A stretch of DNA of 64,000 bases from Lytechinus pictus (lineage: Eukaryota). Positions 11,219 through 24,231 of this stretch are shown piece by piece. The position numbers and the translations under genes were made by a program. The stretch is from the NCBI RefSeq assembly GCF_037042905.1, contig NC_087252.1, positions 36,766,001-36,830,000 of the forward strand, given 5' to 3'. Below the pieces are notes generated by a model, which did not search any database, was not told where the DNA came from, and saw nothing but the letters and a program-made list of their open reading frames with translations. Numbering within the stretch: the first letter of the stretch is position 1; each line of letters starts with the position of its first letter.

Positions 11219-13027
11219 GCAAAATTGGCTAGCCGGTTGTTGAATAGACGACGCTCGGCTGCTACACACCGACCCCAAGCATCACACTCGGGGTGGTTTA
11301 GTGTTGCGCGGCGGTTGTGAGCTCTTTTAACTCCACATACCGGTTGTGAGTGGTCAAACTTTAATATGGAATGGACATAGAACAAATATACCAGGCGTTT
11401 CTTTTGAAATTATAGCGGAAGTATTCATCCTCGGTTGGTCCTGCAATGTCGCAGAACCGACCTCGGATAAAATATTTCCACTATTTTTTTATCAAACCCC
11501 GTGTAAATGAAAAATACCCCCACTCCCTTTCTTATATATCACAAATCTTTTCTTACATCATATTTATCGATGAATGCCGATGTGACAGTTTCATAGTCTT
11601 CTGATATAATCTCATTTAGTTCGTCAGTGCATATATATGATTACGTGTAAACTTCATACTTGACTACTAATTGCCTCCCCACCCCCATCCTCTTGGGCAT
11701 GTCTCTGTCTCCCTCTCTGTCATCTGCATAATTATGATCACAGATAATAGTGTGCAGAGGTGTCGTGATAAAGCGGTTCAGTTACACGAGAGTTGATTAG
11801 ATGTGATTAGATTGGCATGTGTGTGCCTGGCTAGGGTACTCCCCTTGGAGTAGAGATGCGCACTTCATGATGTAAAGCGATTAGAAACCAACGAATGCAG
11901 TATGGAGCGCTGGATAAATGATGAATTTAGTTGCAAAAGGGGTTAGGTCCACTTTGGACCATTCCGAGAAAACCCATGTTTTTTTTTTATTCTCACTTAT
12001 TGCAATATTCTTATGAGAAACTAAATTGTCATGATGTACTACCCTATCATGTGAACATAAAATTTGGTATAAAAGAAATATACCTTTCTTAATTTTTGTT
12101 CTATATAGTTTTTGAAAAATTATCATTATGGACATAACCCCTTTTGCAAGCAAACTAAAATGAATCAATTGTCTTTTGATTAAAAAAGTGATTTGTATTT
12201 GCCACTTTCATTCACGTATTCATTTGAAGTTCAAATTTTCTTTGGTATCATCAAGGCGACTAAAAATTTAGAGGTTTAGAGACAAAAAAATAAAATTTAG
12301 GAAAAATTAACCTAACCCCTTTGGACAAATTAGTTCTTCAGAAGAGTTTGGTTGTAAAAGGGGTAAGGTCCACTCTAAGAAAAACATTTTTTCTCCAATA
12401 TTGCGATATTCTTATGCGAAACTGGATTTGCATGATACTCAACCATGAGAGCATAAAATTGGGTATAAAAGAAATCTACCTGTCTTCATATTTTTTAAGA
12501 TATTCTTTTCCAAAAAAAATCTGTGGGACCTAACTCCTTTTGAAAAAAAGGTGATTTTCTTTGCAATTTTAGCTATTTTTTTGTGGGAATTTCAACTTTT
12601 CTTTGGTATCATCTTATAGAGCTACTAAAAATCTTTACATTGAGACATAAATATCAAATTCGTTGAAAAATGGACCTAACCCCTTTTGCAAGTGAGCTCT
12701 TCAAATGTAACTATTATTTTCATTTTTATTTTTATCATTATTGTAATTATTACGTTCATTTTCAGTGCCAATATTCAAGTATCAGAGAGCAGTCTTGAAA
12801 ATCTTGCTGCCAATTTCCCTCACACGAAGTATAATGCCATATGCCCGAAGTTAGGGTGGACACACAACCAAGCTATGAGTAGATTGGCCCATCACAAAGA
12901 AGATTACACAGCAGCCACCTTGGAAGCTCTTAATGCGTGGAAGAATCAAACAGGAGGGGACAAGGCTAAATTGATCGAGATACTGAAGGACATCAAACTT
13001 GGTGGACTTGTACAATATTTAGATTAA
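4338..13027 (+). CDS. Death-domain protein, gene 1 (96 aa from the exon-C ATG; longer if upstream coding exons exist outside the window)
   Basis: join(4338-4366,12766-13027). gccATGG start, CA|gtaagt donor, ttttcag|T acceptor, phase 2 matched. MAGSADKDYH-ANIQVSESSLENLAANFPHTKYNAICPKLGWTHNQAMSRL...LEALNAWKNQTGGDKAKLIEILKDIKLGGLVQYLD; helical death-fold pattern (LG.., L..W, L...L..I). AATAAA at 13123. Confidence 0.75.
5597..6440 (+). mobile_element. Non-autonomous DNA transposon, TAGAC..GTCTA termini (Academ-like)
   Basis: Flanks CAGCTTTC / CAGCTTTTC. Both ends recur in the derivative at 24232-24454. Confidence 0.7.
6522..6883. mobile_element. Kolobok-like MITE
   Basis: TTAA on both flanks; imperfect TIR AGATAAATGCCAGT / ACTGTAATTTAGCT. 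Confidence 0.6.
7077..8781. mobile_element. Foldback DNA transposon (MULE/Merlin-type) with inverted 15-bp tandem arrays
   Basis: (ATGGCAGAGGTAAAA)n at ~7090-7310 and its reverse complement at ~8575-8770; GG..CC termini; 8-bp TSD CAAATTTC at 7069-7076 and 8782-8789. Confidence 0.75.
7453..7920. mobile_element. Kolobok-like MITE nested in the foldback
   Basis: TTAA|AGGGGAAATTCAC ... GTGAATTTCCGCT|TCAA. Confidence 0.6.
10421..10695 (+). mobile_element. tRNA-derived SINE
   Basis: A box TGGCCCAGTGA, B box GGTTCGAATCC, non-tRNA body, (TAT)n tail. Second copy at 51592-51878. Confidence 0.85.
10696..11165 (-). mobile_element. 5'-truncated R4/Dong-clade non-LTR retrotransposon fragment (REL endonuclease plus 3' UTR)
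   Basis: RRPDIVL...IINIAIP...KIQKYNDLAWELRRIW...PIVIGALG is a PD-(D/E)xK REL domain with the second D changed to N. Both ends abut (TAA)n. Confidence 0.8.
11920..12702 (+). mobile_element. ~780-bp MITE, Sola1-like, copy 1
   Basis: TIR core TTGCAAAAGGGGTTAGGTCC, terminal ..GAGCTCTTC, AAAT TSD on both sides. Confidence 0.75.
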
Positions 13028-14544
13028 TGACACCTATGAAAACTACACCCGAAATATTAAGTCATGTAACATAGTGCATTGTCCTGATCATTATGGTATA
13101 TAAACATGATAATAATAATGATAATAAAATGGTTAATGTATGTGGTTAGCGTGACTGTGAAATGGTGGAAACGCAAATTGTAATCGTTGATTTGATGTAA
13201 ATAGGGATATTTAATTGGTTTTCATAATTAAAAAATAAGAAAAACAAAGTCATTAAAGAATATCAGAGTTTCATTTTCAGTTATAATTTGTAAGTAACGT
13301 GCAAACAGCACAAAACACATTAATGTAATATCACAGGAAGATGCAATGTAATATAACGGGTTTTTTTTTTTACCAAAATGTATTTTATATCATGTTATTT
13401 TCCATTTATTACTTTTGTACAAATAAGACTGTAGTGACCAAACAAATTTCTTGAGATTTTTAAATACTTTTAACCACCATACGACCATTTCGGGTGTGGT
13501 AAATTATGACAAAGACTGCAAAACCTCATTAATTTTGGGGTCACGTGGGTCTTGTGTCAGTCTGCCGAGGAAAAATAGTCTTCCCCTTTATTATTCTAAA
13601 TCATATATTACTATTATTGTTGAACATATATGCATGAATATAAATATACAAATGTGTATGTTATATATACATTAACATCGATTTGATTTTATATTCATAT
13701 CAAAATTTGATGCAAAAGAAGTGATGTCGTGAATATTGAAATGCGGAGATATATCAGGAAAATCCCTGTAACGGGGCAGTAACATTATCCCATGCACAAC
13801 ATAAAAATGAAGTTGTCGCTGGCCGACTTGGGCCCCAACAAGACATTACGAACAGTTGAATGTGATGGTGTGCTGAATCACGTTTGCCTTTCGTTCAAGC
13901 ATGGTTGAATTGATAATTTATGGTCCTATGTGACATCATAATTTAGCAAAAATATATATTATTTTGTTATGAATTTCGGTTAAACTTCACAATTATTTTG
14001 GCTTTTTCATCTTTAATTGTATCAAAATCATTTTATTGTCAGAACGGTCTTTCTCTTTATTTTTCCAATTATTATTTCTCACTAGCAGCAATTACCCGTG
14101 GCCGCACAGGGGGTAGGAGTCATTTTTCTTTATCAAGGTGTGTATGTACAGCTAGACTTCCTATTCACACTGATAGCCAAGCAGTTTATTGATGAAATAA
14201 ATCTAAATAACTGATTCATATCAGACTTCTTTTTCAATATAGATAGGAGGTTCAATTAAGTTAAGCATCTTGGGTTGAACTGGAGAAAGAACTTCAATAA
14301 TCATTCCAGAGGGAAATCCAAATCTAACTATAAAATAAAAAAATGTATTAGAACACGGTGTATCCTGTAAGCAGTCAAGAGGCAATTATAGTGATATATA
14401 TATGTTTTCATTACATGTATTGGATCAGAAATAAATATGTACACTAAGTACATTGCACATACCTTACACCGTACATTAGACTGCGGTTGTTCGTACTTTT
14501 TAAATCAAAGGTTACGGGATGTCGAAAAGGAGTGAGAGTGAGAG

Positions 14545-14830
14545 AAGGGGGGGGGGGGTGATAACATGAGACAGAAACATTGGTGGGAAAAATGAGTCAG
14601 ACAGACAGTGAGGAAAGTGAGAGACAGACAATGGGAACATGAGAGAGGGAGGGAAAAATGAAAGAGACCCAAACGGGGAAAAGGAATGAGATAGAGGCAG
14701 ACAGACAGTAGGAAAAATGAATGAGAGAGACAGAGAGTGGGGAAATGAATGTGAGAGACAGTGGCATAATCAGAGAGAGAGATGGAGAGATATAGAAATT
14801 ATAAAGAATACAAGAGAGAGAGAGAGCAGG
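14545..14830. repeat. GA-rich low-complexity tract
   Basis: Degenerate (GA)n/GACA runs. Confidence 0.7.
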
Positions 14831-15346
14831 TTTTAGATGTTAATTGTGATAAAATGATAAGGTTTGTATGGCTTTCATGGACTTTTAAAATGTTTTTTTA
14901 AAGGTTTTAGATATCTTTTTGGTGGGTCAAATAGTTATGCATTGAAACAATTGATAAAATTTTTAGAAAGTACACGTACTGTATATGTATATATAAAATG
15001 GAATTATTATGTCTTTTAAAAGTTGCATGGGCATCTTCACTGATTAGAATACAATATTTAATTTCATTCAAATGAATAACAATGTTGATAGATCTAACGT
15101 TACGTGTATGTCAGATTATGTCTTTTTTAATAGAAATGTAAAACACAATGTATAAAATATAATCATGTTAATTAAAGGCAAGTATACACTGCCAATAACA
15201 TAAAAACTTTCTTACCACTTATGACCAGCATTTGATAGTAGCCTAGGCTTAGGGCTAGCATATAGATTTATAGATCTATAGAGTTTTTTAAGTAACGTTA
15301 AGTTCTCTCGGCCTAGACTCCGACTATAGAATCACTATTACCAATG

Positions 15347-15522
15347 CAGGGGCCGCGGAACGGTTTTCAAAGTGGGGGGGGGGGGGGGCTGAGCCAAAAG
15401 TGGGGGGCTGACCATGCTAAAAATCACAATCATATGGTCATTTTTACGTTTTTGTACACGGTTTTGGAAAAAAGTGGGGGGGGGCTGAACCCCCCCCCCC
15501 CCCCCCGGTTCCGCGGCCCCTG
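15347..15522. mobile_element. 176-bp MITE, CAGGGGCCGCGGAAC TIR
   Basis: 15-bp TIR; 5-bp TSD CAATG at 15342-15346 and 15523-15527. Confidence 0.85.
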
Positions 15523-16849
15523 CAATGTATTATTTAACCTATACAACCATGGTATAGACACAAACATCACACTAATTCACTACTTACTGCAATCACTTTG
15601 CAATAATTATGTTACCAAATAGCAAAACAGTTTCGTTTTCAGTGTAAGATTAAACACTATACAAGCACTGTCAGTGCTAAATTAGCACTTCATTTTTTTA
15701 CAGTGTATGTGTGACAAAGATATATCCCACTTATAACTTTGTGTGAGGTTGTGCTATTGTTGAAATTAAATTCTGTTAAAATGGTAAACATGTTCAAATG
15801 GTCGATTAGCTTTATTGTTGTTGAAACGTTTGGCAAACAAACGCGACAATGGGAAATCTTATGTTAACGCCAAAAGAACAAATTCTCCATGCACTGAATA
15901 TTTTTTTTAAAATCTTTGTGAACCTATGGGGTTTTGATTTTAAGGAAACATAATACGGAGTAGGCCTGCTAGTTTTTAGTAGGGCGGCGTCGAAGGCAGG
16001 GATGGATTAACTGTAGGATATAACTATTCTTAGAACTAGTGGATATAAAAATGAGCAAACAAACTAAAAAAGCAACATTAAAATACTGACTATATTCGGC
16101 AGGCAGTCAGTACCAGTAAATGTCTACGTCAAATAAGTCAAATATTTATATAAATGGTTAAAATGAATATTATCTTTGGACTTTATATTATAATCAATAC
16201 AAATATGTTTGTCCAAATAATAAATGAGTCATGATAGCGATGTACACTGCGTCCCAGAAAAAAGACGAAAGCGAGATTTATCGATGATTTATCCGAACTT
16301 TATTAGAAAACTCAGATACCCACCGTCAAATTACTTTTTGGTATATATATATATTCTTTTCTTATAGGGTTTACTCACTTATGCGTGAATGAGATTTTTT
16401 TACCAGGTGAAAGAGGAGACTCTAAGCTGTACAATGATTTGTAATTTATTTGTTATATTTACGAATAGGTTATGATTAATCATCAATTAACCTCGTCTTC
16501 CTTTTTTTTTTGGGGGGGGTGTGGAGCCGTGATATGTGCAAACGCCGGGATATGTGCAAACAACGGTATATGTGCAAAATTTCGCCGGAATTTGTGCAAA
16601 CAACGGAATTTCTGCAAACGCCACGCCGGGAAATGTGCAAATCTGTCAAAATTTATCAACGGCATCTGTGCAAACGTGACGACGGGATATGTGCAAATGA
16701 ACAATTTTCACGGGAAAAGTGCAAACCTCCGGGATATGTGCAAATCACTGCATTTATCCATATAAAGGCTATTTCTCATGAAATGTCTCATAAAATTACT
16801 GTTAAAAATGCTTTTCAGAGAGGCAGGGGGGGGCACCAACCTTAAATTG

Positions 16850-18260
16850 AAGATCCACTATCGTTTGGAATGACATGGATGTAGAGTGTAGTCTTTTAAT
16901 GCTCCAGACCCGGTCATTTAATAATTTGAAGATCCTTCTGAACTAAGATGCTGTACTAAAGCATACATAAGGAGCATAGCCATTCAAAAGTAATTAAAAA
17001 AACTGCAACACCTCACCGTCTACCAAATTAAGACCTTGTAGAAATGAGTAAAGAATGTAGTCTTTACCCTAGACCTTGTTGTATCAATAACAAAAAAATC
17101 AAATTTAATACCTCACCGTCTAATTCCTATGGAATAAGTTGTTGTAGTTGTTGTTTTAGCTTATACGGCGCGTGTCATTCAGTAGTGAATATTTGCACCA
17201 AAAAAAAACACATCCACCGAGCCGGATTCGAACCAGCGACAAAAGGTTAACAGTTGTCAATCATCTACAGTCCTCCGCTCTACCAACTGAGCTATCGGTG
17301 GTTACTGGAATTAAAGTGAAGTCTTTACTCCAGACCGGGTGATGAAACAAATTCAAAACTATTTAAGCCCCGCCATCTTCCACTACTAAGACTCTGTTAT
17401 AAAGAACGTGTATATAACGTATTCTCAATTCTCCAGACCCGTTTATTTACACAAATTTTCAAGACCCCACAGTCCCATTCCTGTTTAAAAAAGATGGATA
17501 TAAAGCGTTGTCTTTTCTCCAGACCTTTTATTAAAAAACCTTCAGAATTAAGACCCAAGACTAAGACTCCGTTATAACGCAAGGGTACATATATCGTAGT
17601 CTTTACTCCAGACCCGTTTACAAAATTATGTTATAATTTTAAAAAATAAGACCCTGTAAGAAAGCATGGATATAAGAGCACAGTCTTTACCCCAGACGCT
17701 GTTATTTAAAAAAATTAGGAGATCTTCAATTTGACGACCCCACCGTCTCATCTCTGTGGGAAACAATGGATATAGAGTGTAGTCTTTACTCCAAACCTGG
17801 TGATTAAAAAACTTAAATACTAAGACCCCATCATCTTCCAAACTAATAGTCTATAACAAAGCACGGGTACCCATAGCATAGTCTTTACTCCATACCCATT
17901 TATTAAAAAACTACACTGTACACTGTACACACATTGTATAATTACGCTGTATACCCATGTGCTACATTACTGGGTCTTAGTATTGAAGATGACGGGATTG
18001 ACGTTTCGAAGATTCTTGATTTTTTTTTTCAAATGACTGGGCCTGGAGAAAATAATAACTCTATATCCATATTCATGCTTGATTACATGGCAATAGTTTA
18101 GAAGATGGTGAGGTCTAAGTTTTAAAGTTTATTTATCTTTTTTAACCACCGGGATTTGAGTAAAGACTGCGCTTAGCTGGTCCAGGTATAGCGTTAATCC
18201 TGTTGTTTGGAAGAATATATGACCAAGACTGAGTATTAAAAAGTAGACTAATCACCTTCA
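16850..18260. repeat. Degenerate ~80-85-bp minisatellite, orientation switching near 17930
   Basis: Recurrent GTAGTCTTTACTCCAGACC...TAAGACCC units; reverse-complement units after ~17970. Confidence 0.65.
17213..17301 (-). tRNA. trnY: tRNA-Tyr(GTA) with 16-nt intron (possibly a variant or pseudogene)
   Basis: CCACCGA TA GCTC AGTTGGTA GAGC G GAGGA CT-GTA-G [ATGATTGACAACTGTT] A ACCTT TTGTC GCTGG TTCGAAT CCGGC TCGGTGG A. Paired acceptor, D and T stems; A:A mismatch at 31-39; T9 terminator at 17200-17208. Confidence 0.8.
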
Positions 18261-18828
18261 TCTTGTAGGGTAAGCTCGCATTGGGTCTGGAAAAGGAGAC
18301 TACCAGCATGGGTCGGCAGATCAAAATTGATAGGGGGGAGGGCACAGCGAAAAAGGGCACTTCCTCTTTTGAAAAGGGCACTTGAAAAAAAAAAAAAAAT
18401 TAAAACAAAATAGCATATGTACCCTAGTAGGGTAATGAGCAAAATGATTGAGGGGGGCAAACATGGCGTATTGGGCAAAATTTCTTTAAAGCTGCGAGCG
18501 AGCATAGAGAACACTATCATATTTCACCACTTTTCTTTCCTTTTCTTCTTTTCTTTTTCTTGGTCTTGAAAACTTTTGGGGTCCACGGAACGAGGTCCAT
18601 TTCTTAAAGGGGCAAGTGCCCCCCCCCCCCCTCCCTCGGCTCAGATGCCTTTGCATAAAAGAAAGGACGCTAATTGCAAATACATATACCTTATATTAGC
18701 AAATTGGACATTTGAACAAACCAGAAGAGAAGGGGCATTTATCAGAATATTCATATGGGGCACTTGATCAAAGGTGAAAATGTACACACTACAGAAGAAG
18801 AATTTCACTCTGAAAATGGGCAACTTAA

Positions 18829-19616
18829 CCTTATCTAGGCCGGGGTATTTTTGGAGTTCATATGGCCGGGGGGGGGGCCTCTCATGCCCTCCCCCCCCCC
18901 CCCCCCCTTGAGATCTCGGCCGTCGACCGCGCGATCGCACCGAAAATTGGCACGCATGTTGTCTGATATATATTATCTACAAAATTGTATAGTAATTTAT
19001 TTCATGCAAATCGTTATTACGTAATTATGCTAATTTATGCGTAATTGGTATGCAAAATCATACTTTTTCCTCTAACTCCATAAATAAAGCTCCAAATGTT
19101 CTAATTTTTTGCATAGAAACCCTTTGTGATGTTCTTAGCAAGTGTACATGAAAAAATGTGATATCAGATCAATTTCTTATGTATTATATTGTTTTTTGCA
19201 ATTTCTTATGTATTTCTTTGTTTTTTGGACCTTTTGTTTTTCATTATTTTTTCAATGAAATTCGTTGGGGACTCTTCTAAGATAAACAGCATAAACAGCA
19301 TAATATTTAGGCCAGCAAAACTAAAAATAATCATACATTTATGATTTTTGGTTGAAAACACAATTTACATTGACTTTGTACACGAAATCACGTTTTTGAG
19401 CAATTTTTGGTCTGACATGCACTTACATAACATTGCGTAACTTCGGAACCGCGTACCCGGGTGACGCAAAATTGGTCTCAAAAGTTGTGGAAGACTTGAA
19501 AGTAAAAAGTCAGCGAGCAGCACGGTCAAAAAATGTTGTGCGACGAAAATATCGCGCGAATCGTTTAGGGGGAGGGGGGCCTCCGAGCCCCCCCCCCCCC
19601 CCCGGCCTAGATAGGG
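18829..19616. mobile_element. piggyBac-type MITE
   Basis: TTAA|CCTTATCTAGGCCGGGG ... CCCCGGCCTAGATAGGG|TTAA. Confidence 0.85.
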
Positions 19617-21869
19617 TTAAAGGGGCGAGAGGAACATTTTAAGAGGATTTTTATTATTTAAATACGCACTTTTAGAAGGGAAAAGAACGCGAAATAAGGA
19701 AAACGGGCAATGATAGGGCATGAAAAGAGCGGTTTAAAGGAATGGAAACTTATCTGATACCAGAATGGGCACTTATATTTATAAAAAGGTAAAGGGGTAC
19801 ACTTTAACACATAAAACGGGTCCTTCTAAGATGAAAGGGGCAAAGTTCTTGGGTTAAAAGGGAAAACTGTTTAGTGCTTCAAAAAGTGGGGGCACTGTGA
19901 ACCCCCTGCCCCCCCCCCGGATTGCAGCCCCTGCATACATATCATATGGAACATTCGTTGTAAAATCGAGGAGGTGTATGAATTGCAACCTAAAGATATT
20001 GCATTTAGAGAGTAAAGTGCATCGCATTTGTGGGTATATAGTTCAAAATTAATGCCTCTTGTTGGTAAAGTGCGCTAGTATGACATGATTGTGTGTGAAA
20101 TATTTGTATATACGTTAGTGGGTACAGTGTTTTTACACATGTGGCTGATATTACACAAGCTGGCGTCGGTACATCACTTTGGGTGTGTTAAAAGAGATAG
20201 GAAACAATGTCTTGTTTGAATGTTTATAGATTCATAAAAATTAATATCAAATGCCATAGTAATCAAGACATTTTGGGTTCATAATTAAATTTTAAAGAAA
20301 TTCGACAACTTCTGATGAAATCTGGAAATGAAATCAACAGATCAAGTTCAATGTGTGTATCAGTGGAAATCATGCTTGCCTCTCCCACCCCCTTTAATTA
20401 ATTGTCCCATGCAGTGTTCGAAACAGTTACTGTACTAAATGTCCCTTTAAGGTGACACGACATTTACTCCTGCGACAATTGCGACAATTAATATCTCGGA
20501 GGGCATAGGATTAGTGTTAGGATTGTGATAGAGTTTTTGGTTCAGAATATTGTCATGATTACGATTAGGGTGTATTTAGTTGTGGAGGTTAGCTTTTATG
20601 TTTCGCTTAATGTTTAGATTTTCCATCGGAGCAATTGTCGCCGGAGCAAATGTCCACTAAGCCTGGTGCCCCCCCCCCCCCACTGCCTCTCTGAAAAGCG
20701 TTTAATTGCCGATGACACTAGCTGTAGATTCTACTTTATGCAACCATGTTTCTCATTTTAACAGTAATGTTATTAAACATTTTTCATGAGAAATATCCTT
20801 AATATGGATAAAAACAGTGATTTGCACATATCCCGGAGGTTTGCACTTTTCCCGTGAAAATTGTTCATTTGCACATATCCCGTCGTCACGTTTGCTCAGA
20901 TGCCGTTGATAAAATTTGACAGATTTGCACATTTCCCGGCGTGGCGTTTGCACAAATTCCGTTGTTTGCACAAATCCCGGCGAAATTTGCACATATACCG
21001 TTGTTTGCACATATCCCAGCGTTTGCACATATCACGGCTCCACAGGGGGCGCACTTTTGTTCTTAGATATCATAATAAAGCATCGTTGTATCACACGTAA
21101 ATGTTGTCTTATTCTGATAAGAACTCATTCTTTGATCAAGTTGATGAGACTTAAATCAGCTTTTCCATTCATATCGAAATTTCTAATGGTTTGTTTACGT
21201 TGGGGCCAATGATTTAGCTATTTATCCTGATTCATACGATTCCATATAGCACGCGATGTATTGCGATCATATAATAGGTAGTTCAGAGTTTGTACAGAGA
21301 TCACGCGGAAATTTGAGTAAGATCTTGGCCCGATTTTTTTTTACTCCGTATTGCTCATAATTTTAATGAACTTGACAAACATAAGTTTGTATTTTATTTT
21401 TTTTACATTTAACGCCCTTTCACACGGTAAAATCGTAATTTGAATGATGATTCCAGTAAGAAATAGGGCTGCTGATGATATTTAGCACCTGTGAAATCAG
21501 ACGATTAGAATAACGAACGTTTATCACAATCACGAATTCAAATTCTACTCCGGAGGTGAATTCCATTTAAGTTTCACACAAATTACGGTACGAATTTTGC
21601 GTGTGAAAGGCTTGACCTCCAAAACATCTTTTAGGGGGCGGAACTTACGTTGCCTTTCAAGCACTTCCGTATGAGGCGCCGATTGTACCAATATTATATA
21701 GAACAATTATTTGTTATATAATCATTATTTATTAAATAATAACTATCATTTATATATAATTTAAATTTTATTTGTAAATAATTACTATTATATAAAATAA
21801 AATTTCTAATTATTTATATATAATTCCAAGTAATACTTCATTATTTGTCAATAATAATAGTTCGACATT

Positions 21870-22620
21870 CCATTATTTATAAATAATGATTATTTGATTT
21901 TCATTATTTATAAATAATGATTATTTGTTTTCATTATTTATAAATAATGATTATTTGTTTTTCATTATTTATAAATAATTTTTATTTGTTCTTCATTATT
22001 TATAAATAATAATTATTTGTTTTTCATTATTTATAAATAATGATTATTTGTTTTTCATTATTTATAAATAATGATTATTTGTTTTTTATTATCTATAAAT
22101 AATGATTATTTGTTTTTTATTATTTATAAATAATGATTTTCGTTTTTCATTATTTATAAATAATGACACTACGTACTTCATTATTTATAAATAATTGCAA
22201 TTCGTGTTTCCATTATCTATAAATAAGTTTTCTATTATTTATAAATACTAATCATTTATTAACAATGCCAGTGCACATTTCTTTATTTATGAATAATTTG
22301 TTGAGTTTCCCATTATTTATAAATAATGATTATTTGTTAAATAATGAAAACGTCTACTTCATTATTTATAAATAATTTTTTCGAGTGTGCCATTATTTTC
22401 ATTATTTATAAATAATCATTATTTAATGTTCGAGTTTTCCATTATTTATACATAAAGATTATTTGTTAAAAAATGAAATATCTACTTCATTATTTATAAA
22501 TAATAATTTAGTTTCAATATCCCATTATTTATAATAATCATTATTTATAAACAATTTTTACAGTTTGCCATTATATACAAATAATCATTATTAATATACA
22601 AATAACCATTATTTATTAAA
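21870..22620. repeat. AT-rich ~30-bp tandem repeat with palindromic core CATTATTTATAAATAATG (left arm)
   Basis: Directly visible; mirrored at ~37840-38525. Confidence 0.9.
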
Positions 22621-24231
22621 TAATGGAGAACTCGCTATAACATGCTAATGTGGGACCGCCCATGATATGAATATTCATGATGCGATTTCCTTTTTCGTGA
22701 TTTTTCTTCACAAATTTTTGTCCGTTTTCTCTTCATAATGGCATTTCTTGAAGCAATTTTCTAGGGATATGGTCTGATTGTAATATTCTTCATTTTCTAT
22801 ATAACTTCGTCTTCGTAGAAATATCAAAAAGTGTAATTTTATACGATGTTTCCTACAGTTCACAATCCCCGGAGGCGCGCGTGTATTTCACCTTTTCTCT
22901 CTGATCGTAGGAACAACCCAAGGGTTCATTACATGTTGTCGCGCACAGAAAATTTAAGCCATAGAATTTGCGTGCTGTGGACACCAGAAGTGAGATCCCA
23001 GCACGCGAGACCCACTTGTTAGAAATCCACAGAAAAATGCGGTTCATGGTGCGACCTTAGTATACGGTACCTCGCAATACGAAATATTACGTTGGTTGGT
23101 CCCCGGAACTGTCGGGCGGAATTTAGCCCGAAATCCGGATCCTTAATGGAAGTGGATCAAGTGCATATGAGCTGAGAGAGTGAGTGTAAGTGCATCAGGA
23201 TCTTCTACTTTCTATAATTTTTTGTTTTTGTTAAAACTTAAGTTAATTTTTCTCCAAAATGCTTGCAACGACAATACGGGGGCATGATGACCCCTAAATT
23301 TTGAAAACTTATTTTTCTATTGAAAATTATCACAAAATTCACCAAAAGTGTGCACGAAAGCCTTCATATTTCACTTTTAAAACTCCAAAAAGTGCCCAAA
23401 TGACAAGCTTGGTCGCTTCGCTGTGTCGCTTTCAACTTGAGAACGAGTTTACGCGCATGCTCCCCCCCCCCCCCGAAAGAAATTCTGTGTACGGCCATGC
23501 TCAAAAGAGCCTGGCACATTGATTTATGTATACTTTTCAATTTCATTATTTTTATCTCATTATCACTATGGCCTTACGCAGAAATTTCCGGGGGGGGGGG
23601 AGCATGATGCGCGTAAACTTTCTCAAAAAAAATCTTGAAAAAGCGAAGCGACCAAGAAGCGACCAAGCTTGTCATTTGAGCTTGGTCGCGTCGCTGTCTT
23701 GCTTTCAAGATTTTTTTTGAAAGTTTACACGCGTCCTGCTCCCCCCCCCCCCCGGAAAAAAATTCTGCATAAGGCCATGATGATAATGTGATAAAAATAA
23801 TGAAAATGAAAAGTATATATAAATCAATGGTGCCATATGCTCTTTTGAGCATGGCCGTTCACAGAATTTCTTTCGGGAGGTGGGGGCAGACGCGCGTAAA
23901 CGCTCTCAAGTTAAAAGCGAGACAGCGAAGCGACCAAGCTTGTCATTCTGGCTTGGTCGCGTGGTTGTCTCGCTTTCAAGGTTTTTTTTTTAGAAAGTTT
24001 ACGCGCGTCATGCCCCCCCCCCCCCCTCCTGAAACAAATTATGCGTGAGGCCATGGTGATAATGAGATAAAAATATAAAAATAATGAAAATGAAAAGTAT
24101 ATATAAATCAATGTGCCAGGCTCTTTTGAGCATGGCCGTACACAGACTTTCTTTCGGGGGGGGGGGGCATGCGTGTAAACTCGTTCTCAAGTTGAAAGCG
24201 ACACAGCGAAGCGACCAAGCTTGTCATTTGG

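Larger units (their letters stand above)
16520..21044. mobile_element. Non-autonomous Ginger-like DNA transposon (TGT..ACA) carrying a tRNA gene
   Basis: ~300-bp TIRs built of ATATGTGCAAA repeats (16520-~16830 and ~20685-21044); termini TGTGGAGCCGTG / CACGGCTCCACA; G-runs on both flanks consistent with a 4-5 bp TSD. Confidence 0.75.

Noticed and set aside
12686-12765. Signal-peptide or TM segment on the gene 1 ORF (also 49107-49499)
   Set aside because: T-rich intronic sequence translated by the ORF caller.
16472-16845. Cys-rich ICAN-repeat ORFs (also 20753-21212)
   Set aside because: Translation of TIR sub-repeats.
21870-22620. Palindromic ~30-bp repeats as a CRISPR array
   Set aside because: No spacers, eukaryotic context, and mirrored in the other transposon arm.
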